Positions 57,374 through 64,000 of a stretch of DNA of 64,000 nt are shown in pieces. The notes under the pieces are model-generated. The model was not told the DNA's origin, searched no databases, and saw only the letters and a list, made by a program, of their open reading frames with translations. Every line of letters starts with the position of its first letter. Positions within the stretch are counted from its first letter, which is position 1. The DNA is taken from positions 714 through 64,713 of IMG/VR virus record IMGVR_UViG_3300031998_002794; one strand, written 5' to 3'. Made by a program: the position numbers and the translations under genes. The stretch is from a virus. Its lineage: Duplodnaviria > Caudoviricetes.

Positions 57374-59938
57374 ATGGCAATTAAGTTTACAAAAGAATTT
57401 CGAGAGAAAGCAATTTTCGCGGAGAACGGCACTAAGTTCGTTCTTCGTGGTTTTGCATTGCTTCCGCATTTTAATTATTCAGAGGAAGAGATTGTAGATC
57501 TTACGCTCAAGCAGATCGTTGATGATGAAAATGAAATCATCACAAATGAGACAAAGCGTGCTACTGACCTTCTTGACAAATTATTTGATGTTCAGTACAT
57601 TCCTAACCTTGAGTTGAAAGGCGATAACTGCGAACGATTCGGTTCATACAAGTTTCACTTGAACCGTTTGCTTAACAGTGCTGCAGTTTCACGAAATGAA
57701 AAGCTCAGTACTGATAGAGACATTGAAGCTGTCATTCTTATTGGCGAAACCTATAAGGAATCAGCAACACAGGTTGAGTCAACTGGCAAGTCATTCCTTG
57801 CTGCAGTTCTTACAGGACCATTCACACTTACTGATGGTAATGACATCACCATCAACCTTCAGTTCACGCTTGCTATTCTTCAGCAAGGCGAGACTTTGGC
57901 AAGTGCAGAACTTGATGAGAACTACTGGCACCCAACTGTGACTGAATTGAACCCAAGCGAAATTCATTGGGAGACTGGTGAAAAGAGTACTTGGTTTATT
58001 CCGTCTGCTTCTAAGACAGCGTTACCAAAGAAAATTGACCGCTACACAAATATCCTTAAGAAGCAAGGACTTGACGCTGCTCATATCGAGAACATTGATT
58101 GGCAGCCTTACACATTGGTAATAGCGCCAGTTACAGAAAGAAATGAAAACATCTATAACATCAAGTGCCGCATTAACATTTGGGACGATCGTTCTGTTCG
58201 CTGCACAAAGCCACAGATGTTGCTTTCAGTTGATGACCAAGATAGAGGACATATTGGTTTTGAAGCAGACGAATCATTCTTCTCTTTGAATGAAAAGGCT
58301 GGCGATGGAAATACATGCTTTGACTTGTTCAGCAGAGACAAAAACTTCCAAAGCAGCGCCTTCCAAGGTTATGGCGTTGGTAGAATCTGTGGTCAAGATG
58401 ACAAGATCTTAAAAGATCGTGATAATGCTCGTGATACATTCTTGATGGACACAAAGAATAACACAATCTTTGATGGCAACTGGAATGGATTCTATGCTTC
58501 TGATAATAATACATTCAGAGGTTCAAGTAACGTATTCACCTATGCTGCTAATGAAAACAATATAAGTGAACTTAACGCTATCGATGATCTTAACGATAAG
58601 ATCAATGCACGTCATAATGTATTCATTGACTCGACTGGCATAAATGTTGGTGACGGAAGATCTGGCGCTGCCAATGTAACAATGATAGGTGCTGAAGGCT
58701 CTATGGGACATGGCCTTAACACACATATCCAAGGTTCAACTGTAAATAACACCGGCATTGGTGAGAACCAGTTCTTGGTCGTTGATGAACTCTCTAAGAA
58801 TAACATTTTTATTGGACATAAAGGCTTGCTTTCAATTAAGAAGCCTTATAACGATATGTCCGTTATCTTTGGTAAGTTCAACGCTGATGATAATCGTTAT
58901 GGAACTTATTACGGTGGCGGAGTAATCCCTTATAACCGAATCATGATGGCAGTCGGTGACGGCTACTATCGTCCAGGACGCATACTTGACCCAGAAAATT
59001 ATGATAAGTTCGGTGAGGCTACTTCCGGCAATAACGATACATGGGCACAAGCTGGTCGCGGTGACGTGACAAAGCGTCTTAACGTCTTCTCTGTTGAAAG
59101 CCGCTCATACATTCCTGTCGTTCACTTCAACGATTATGATGCTCGTCCAGATGGCAATGACTATAATCATCAAGTTGATTCATACTTCGCCGTTCGCGGA
59201 TGGTGGGATAAAGAAGCAGATAAGATTGTTCAAGGCAACATGGCTAACCAGCATAACGCTTTGTTCTCACCAACGACTATCTACTTCACTAAGGATAGAG
59301 CACATAACGAAGAATGGAAGATCCGTATTAAGGAACTTGAACTTCTTGTCAAGGACAACTACATCAAGGACCCGAATACATCGCTCAACACATCAGATCT
59401 TGATAAGATGATGAAGAAGAGCGTTAAGGGTACTAACGTCTTCACCTTGCCGCTTGAACCGAAGTTCCACTATACTATCACAAGACCTGGCCGTAAAATT
59501 GAAGGCTACACAAAGGGTATTTGCGGTAAGTATGGAGTCAAAGGCGTTTATGCTCGTCGTGACGCTCTCCCAGGTGATGACTGGAAGATTCACTTTGACG
59601 AGAAGGACGACATCATTACGTTAGGCGATATGGTTCGTGCTATCAACACAATTCATAACCGCAAGATCGGCTATGACATGCTCAATGGCACTGACAGAAA
59701 TCTTTATACCATCTATGCTTATAACGGTAGCCTTGAACAGTTGTGGATAAAGGGTATCAGAACAAGAGCCTATTCCGCTAACAATGACAAGCGCTATCAG
59801 ACTTTGGTTAAGATGAACTACGTTGACCCAGCTCAAACTTACAGCATCGTTTACTCGAACGATGGACATCATGACAGTTTCGGCGTCATGAACTGGAACT
59901 TTAATACCGGCGACGAAGAGAGCCATTTCTTGACCTAA
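57374..59938 (+). CDS. tail fibre/spike-like protein
   Basis: Asn/Gly-rich beta-helix repeats; IFGKFNA..MAVGDG..RLNVFSV motif. Confidence 0.55.
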   Translation: MAIKFTKEFREKAIFAENGTKFVLRGFALLPHFNYSEEEIVDLTLKQIVDDENEIITNETKRATDLLDKLFDVQYIPNLELKGDNCERFGSYKFHLNRLLNSAAVSRNEKLSTDRDIEAVILIGETYKESATQVESTGKSFLAAVLTGPFTLTDGNDITINLQFTLAILQQGETLASAELDENYWHPTVTELNPSEIHWETGEKSTWFIPSASKTALPKKIDRYTNILKKQGLDAAHIENIDWQPYTLVIAPVTERNENIYNIKCRINIWDDRSVRCTKPQMLLSVDDQDRGHIGFEADESFFSLNEKAGDGNTCFDLFSRDKNFQSSAFQGYGVGRICGQDDKILKDRDNARDTFLMDTKNNTIFDGNWNGFYASDNNTFRGSSNVFTYAANENNISELNAIDDLNDKINARHNVFIDSTGINVGDGRSGAANVTMIGAEGSMGHGLNTHIQGSTVNNTGIGENQFLVVDELSKNNIFIGHKGLLSIKKPYNDMSVIFGKFNADDNRYGTYYGGGVIPYNRIMMAVGDGYYRPGRILDPENYDKFGEATSGNNDTWAQAGRGDVTKRLNVFSVESRSYIPVVHFNDYDARPDGNDYNHQVDSYFAVRGWWDKEADKIVQGNMANQHNALFSPTTIYFTKDRAHNEEWKIRIKELELLVKDNYIKDPNTSLNTSDLDKMMKKSVKGTNVFTLPLEPKFHYTITRPGRKIEGYTKGICGKYGVKGVYARRDALPGDDWKIHFDEKDDIITLGDMVRAINTIHNRKIGYDMLNGTDRNLYTIYAYNGSLEQLWIKGIRTRAYSANNDKRYQTLVKMNYVDPAQTYSIVYSNDGHHDSFGVMNWNFNTGDEESHFLT

Positions 59939-59959
59939 TAAATATCCCTAGAGGGATAA

Positions 59960-60568
59960 ATGAGTTTTGCTACACACATGGCTAAATACTTGGTTGTGTC
60001 AGACAACCCGCCTTTAGATTTTTATCTACAGGCAACAACGAATGCACTAAATGACTACATGGCTGAGCTTGAGTCTATAATGACAGTGCCGCACTTATAC
60101 ATCAACGGCACTTACATTATTCCTGGCTCGCCTCCAGTCACAATCCCTCTTGTTAATCATCCTGTTGGTTTTTGGCGAAATAATCATATAAGATTTACGC
60201 TAAGTGAAGTGAAAGCTGCGATGTGGTGCGGAAATCCCGCAATGTCCTACATCAATTTGTTTACTCTTATCGGTCAAAAGATAAGTCTGAATTTTAATCG
60301 TCTATCGGCTATGCCTATCATCAATGGCCCAGACGCTCCTGTAGTTCTGAACACGGCTCACTTTGCTGCAATAGGATTGGAATTTTTCAATAAGCTCCAG
60401 ATATTGGGCAAAGTATTGACACCAAAAATGACATACCAGTATGAGAGCTTTTACATCAAAAAGGCAATTAAGTTAATCTTGCCTATGCCTTCCGCTCTTG
60501 CTGGCTTCTGCAGTTATGGCGGACCGTTCACAGGCACTATAGGAGGATCCCTTGCTCGAGCAACCTAA
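59960..60568 (+). CDS. hypothetical protein
   Basis: 202-aa ORF after an AATAAATA motif. Confidence 0.7.
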   Translation: MSFATHMAKYLVVSDNPPLDFYLQATTNALNDYMAELESIMTVPHLYINGTYIIPGSPPVTIPLVNHPVGFWRNNHIRFTLSEVKAAMWCGNPAMSYINLFTLIGQKISLNFNRLSAMPIINGPDAPVVLNTAHFAAIGLEFFNKLQILGKVLTPKMTYQYESFYIKKAIKLILPMPSALAGFCSYGGPFTGTIGGSLARAT

Positions 60569-61442
60569 CTATCTCGAAATTCCAATGACAGACCTTCCAT
60601 CGAGTGGTCTGATGTATGGTAGAAATGCCAAAGTTGAAGGACGTTTTCTCAACGTAGGCGATGTAAAGTTTCTTTCATTGCTTACACCTGAAAACGCATC
60701 TGATATCATCAACGCTTTGTTGCGTCGTTGTTTCAGATTTACAAACTTGAGTCTTGACTCATTGCTTCTCTGCGACCGCACCTATCTTATCTTCTGGTTG
60801 AGAGCTAACTCTTATACACAGGACGGTGGATATAAGATAAACATCAAGGAGTGCAGTCATTGTGGAAAGCAGTTTGTTTCACAGATGTACATTGATGAAC
60901 TCAAGACGCTTCATTTGAAGGAAAGACCAAGCACAGTCATTCTTCCGCATGCTAAGTGGCGTTTGGAAATAAAGATGCCTCGTGTTGAAGACTTGCGCAT
61001 TACTGATGAAGACAAAGATCTTGAACTTGTCTGCCGTATGGTCAATGCTGGTACACAGGATCCTAAGAGCTTAATCATGCAGCTTGACGCAAATGACTAC
61101 GTATTCCTTCTTGACTACTGCAAACAGTTCAAGGCTGGATTTGATATGAACGTAGAACTTGAGTGCCCGCATTGTCACGGAACCCATACAGTTGAACTTC
61201 AACTTACAGAAGACTCGCTGTTTGCTGCACATGAACTCAAGGACATTATCAGAATGACAACGCTCATCACCAAGCATACGAACGTCCAGATACCTGACTA
61301 CATGCCTTGGCCTGAACTTGAAATCTTGCATGACATTACAGACGATATCATTAAGGAAGAAAACGAAGAAAACGCTAAGGCGGAAGCAAAGGCTAAAGCA
61401 AAGGCATCTTCGCAGGCTGCTGCACACGGCGTCCACATCTAA
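60552..61442 (+). CDS. second gp26-like baseplate hub assembly protein
   Basis: TTG start after AGGAGG; DLPSSG..Y..L.CDR.YL.FWLRANSY..CxxCG..CxxC; paralogous to 41595. Confidence 0.65.
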   Translation: MLEQPNYLEIPMTDLPSSGLMYGRNAKVEGRFLNVGDVKFLSLLTPENASDIINALLRRCFRFTNLSLDSLLLCDRTYLIFWLRANSYTQDGGYKINIKECSHCGKQFVSQMYIDELKTLHLKERPSTVILPHAKWRLEIKMPRVEDLRITDEDKDLELVCRMVNAGTQDPKSLIMQLDANDYVFLLDYCKQFKAGFDMNVELECPHCHGTHTVELQLTEDSLFAAHELKDIIRMTTLITKHTNVQIPDYMPWPELEILHDITDDIIKEENEENAKAEAKAKAKASSQAAAHGVHI

Positions 61443-61464
61443 TAAAGACTAACAGAGAAAATTA

Positions 61465-61494
61465 TTAGGATTCTTGATGGATCCTAATTTTTTA
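61465..61494 (+). terminator. intrinsic terminator
   Basis: TTAGGAT..ATCCTAA followed by a T run. Confidence 0.6.
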
Positions 61495-61532
61495 GTTATA
61501 TTTTAACTATAAACATTTGCGTTGAGGAAAAC

Positions 61533-62135
61533 ATGGCACAGTATGTAAACAATAAAAGATTAAAGGAAGTGTTGAAGTTATACAACACTATGAACATAAA
61601 TGATACAGGTGACTGGTGCCCAGAATACTTAGTGCGTCAAGAAAAGAAATATCTTCTTGGAAAGATGTCAAAGGATGACTGGGAGCAGTGTAAGGAATTC
61701 ATTCATAAGCGAGTCAAAGCGATTGAAGAACTTCAAGAACGTTATGCGAAGTTCACGCCTGAAGAACGAAGGGCATTTGACAAAGAGTTTGACAAGATTA
61801 AGAATGAATTGTGCGATATGATTGTTCTGATGGCTATCGGACGCATCAATTCTTTTGGCCTCCGAAATCAGCTCAAGAATCCCGATGATATACAAGATAT
61901 CCAACAAGACGCAGTCATCAACGCATTCCGCTACCTAAATCGTTTTGATGAGAACAGAGGTACTTCTGCTTTTGCTTACGTTACCCAGCAGATTACCAAC
62001 AGCATCGTTCTCAACCTTAAGAAAATCAAAGACCACGAAAATACCTATCTTTCAGGTTGTGATTGGTTTGATAACATCAACACTGTTGACGATCCACATG
62101 ACGGCGTCAGCGGCTTAGCAAATTTCATAGAATAG
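61533..62135 (+). CDS. gp55: late-transcription sigma factor (gp55-like)
   Basis: QYVNNK, D..QDAVINAFRYLNRFDE..SAFAYVTQ..N. Confidence 0.85.
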   Translation: MAQYVNNKRLKEVLKLYNTMNINDTGDWCPEYLVRQEKKYLLGKMSKDDWEQCKEFIHKRVKAIEELQERYAKFTPEERRAFDKEFDKIKNELCDMIVLMAIGRINSFGLRNQLKNPDDIQDIQQDAVINAFRYLNRFDENRGTSAFAYVTQQITNSIVLNLKKIKDHENTYLSGCDWFDNINTVDDPHDGVSGLANFIE

Positions 62136-62143
62136 GAGTAAAC

Positions 62144-62665
62144 ATGAAGAACATTAAAGTCAAAGCGTCTCTTTTCGAAATTCAGGCAGTCTACGAATGG
62201 CTCAGAGCTAATTTCGCAAATACGACACTTCACCCAGAAGTAGCATTGATGATCTATCACAACATCAACTTGCTCTCTAAGCCTTATGAACAGATTCTTA
62301 AGGGACTATACAACGAAAACAACGACCCGCAGTTTAAGGAATACACCGATAAGATGCGTGCTCTTTATATGCAGTATGTTGACCGTGACGAGCAGGCCAA
62401 GCCTAAGCTCGATGAAAGAGGCAACCCGTTGATTACCGAAATGACTGTTGAGTTTGCTGAAGCAAGAGCTAAACTTGACAAGGAATACGATGAACTCAAC
62501 AAGAAGTTGCTCAAGAAGAATGAAGCAAACTTCAACTACTTGAACCAGCTTGTTGACATTGAAATCGTAACAATTCCGTGGGAACGATTGAGCGAAATTG
62601 GTCAAGGCCTTCCGCCACTCATGATTGGGTTCATCTCAAAGGAACCTGTTCCTGAAAAGAAGTAA
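62144..62665 (+). CDS. hypothetical protein
   Basis: 173-aa ORF with AGGAG RBS. Confidence 0.75.
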   Translation: MKNIKVKASLFEIQAVYEWLRANFANTTLHPEVALMIYHNINLLSKPYEQILKGLYNENNDPQFKEYTDKMRALYMQYVDRDEQAKPKLDERGNPLITEMTVEFAEARAKLDKEYDELNKKLLKKNEANFNYLNQLVDIEIVTIPWERLSEIGQGLPPLMIGFISKEPVPEKK

Positions 62666-62682
62666 AATTATTTCTTTAGGCC

Positions 62683-62722
62683 AAATAAAAACCGAGGTGA
62701 AGAACCTCGGTTATTTTATTTT
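62683..62722. terminator. bidirectional terminator between convergent genes
   Basis: AAATAAAA-ACCGAGG-tgaagaa-CCTCGGT-TATTTTATTTT. Confidence 0.85.
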
Positions 62723-63978
62723 GTAAGGAATGTGAACGTTGACTTACTGTTAAGGTGACTTGTTCCAAGACCAGTAAGGTTACCGTTTCTATTTCCACTT
62801 GAGTCAATGCGTCCAGTGGACTGTGTGTCAGATACGGTATAAAGTTCACCTTTGTCATTACGAAGAACTGTAATGATGTGACCAGCTTCGCCGGCGCCTT
62901 TCTTACCATCATAATCAATGATAATCTTATCGCCTTCCTTCAACTTACCGCTCTTCATAGCAGCAGTAATCTGATTGTTGAGAGCTGCCAAGTCACCGCC
63001 GAATGTCTTAGTCTCTTGAGCCTTATAACCAAGTTTCTTCCAAGTATCAACAGAACCAGCTGCGTTAGGCGTTACTGAATAAAGTTTAGCATCTTGATGA
63101 ACGATTGCTTCAAGAAGCATGTTACCAGCCTGACACATACCGTCTGTATGAATACCCGATGCACCGACAATACCCATTCTAACAAGAGCATCTGAAACAT
63201 CAGAGTAGTCATTGATGTTGACGCCTTCATCTTTGAGTCGCTTAATGATATCATTGATGTTCTTTGTTCTAGCTGCTTCACCGTTCTGTGTGAGTTCACG
63301 AACACGGTTTCTACCAGTACCAATGTCAGGTACTGTATAGTCAATGTCAAAGGTCTTTTCAACTCTTGTCTTATCAGCGACTGCAAGCAACTGTCTGCCT
63401 GTCGCAGAATAATCATCTTGTCTTACTGTATTTGCTCCAACCAACGAATTCTTTACTTTGCTGAGCTTTGCTTTCAACTGTTCATCATCAACAGCAAAAT
63501 CTTCACTGATTGCTTTGACGATAAAGTTCATTGTGATGCTTACTACTGAAGGACCACCTGTTCTTGCGAACTGTGGTTCATCATAGTCCAGAAGTTCAAC
63601 CCAATAGCATCTGCCCTTGAGAATCTTATACATCATGTTGTCATATTCACGAACGATGACTGCCAAACGCAACGGAGTGCTGTTGAAGCTAAGTGCTGCT
63701 ATATCGTCAGCGAACTTCGTGACAAACATATCATCTGTTTCTTCAAATGTGATAGACAATGAACGAGCGGTAATATCCCAAACTGGAATTGTGAATGAGC
63801 CGTTACCATAATAGATAGCGCCTTCGCTTGTATTGCCTTCTGCATCCGTGAACTTTACAGAACGAACTGCATACTTCAACTTTTCAGGCAGATTGCCGTC
63901 GCCTTTCGCAAAATCCACAACGAATCTAAAAGGAAGTTGTGGAAGCGTATGAAAGAATTTCTTAACTGCTAATCCCAT
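62716..63978 (-). CDS. tail-tube-fold (gp19/gp54-like) protein fused to a CHAP/NlpC-P60-like C-terminal domain
   Basis: N-terminal PFRFVVDF..LSITFEE..YDEP; C-terminal GMC...GY...GDKIII..GHI. Confidence 0.6.
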   Translation of the reverse strand: MGLAVKKFFHTLPQLPFRFVVDFAKGDGNLPEKLKYAVRSVKFTDAEGNTSEGAIYYGNGSFTIPVWDITARSLSITFEETDDMFVTKFADDIAALSFNSTPLRLAVIVREYDNMMYKILKGRCYWVELLDYDEPQFARTGGPSVVSITMNFIVKAISEDFAVDDEQLKAKLSKVKNSLVGANTVRQDDYSATGRQLLAVADKTRVEKTFDIDYTVPDIGTGRNRVRELTQNGEAARTKNINDIIKRLKDEGVNINDYSDVSDALVRMGIVGASGIHTDGMCQAGNMLLEAIVHQDAKLYSVTPNAAGSVDTWKKLGYKAQETKTFGGDLAALNNQITAAMKSGKLKEGDKIIIDYDGKKGAGEAGHIITVLRNDKGELYTVSDTQSTGRIDSSGNRNGNLTGLGTSHLNSKSTFTFLTK

Positions 63979-64000
63979 CTTATTCCTTTGTGTATTCGTC

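Overview
This window is a 64 kb segment of a large T4-like myophage genome. It is almost entirely + strand, uses the standard genetic code, and contains no tRNA, rRNA or CRISPR array that I can support. Recognisable T4-like genes include neck gp13, prohead protease gp21, portal gp20, scaffold, major capsid gp23, terminase small subunit, tube gp19 with several tube-fold paralogues, gp3, baseplate gp6/gp7/gp25/gp26/gp53-like genes, RegA, late sigma factor gp55, NrdD/NrdG and a DinG-like helicase. A (T/A/G)ATAAATA late-promoter motif precedes many genes. The main observations are as follows. (1) The terminase large subunit is split: the ATPase half ends in a 36-aa atypical split-intein N-fragment, and I found no C-half in the window. 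(2) Two secreted, Fibrobacter-like fibre-degradation/adhesion genes (a GH10 xylanase-CBM6 and a 1393-aa cadherin-repeat surface protein) sit under phage late promoters. (3) Many unrelated ORFs share an 'EALETLxxAGLIxE' leader that looks like a capsid-targeting/protease-cleavage signal, and two of them carry ADP-ribosyltransferase-like domains. (4) A hairpin-rich 300-400 nt noncoding block lies at about 21.2-21.5 kb. The Fibrobacter host assignment is inferred from remembered family features. No database searches or folding programs were run.
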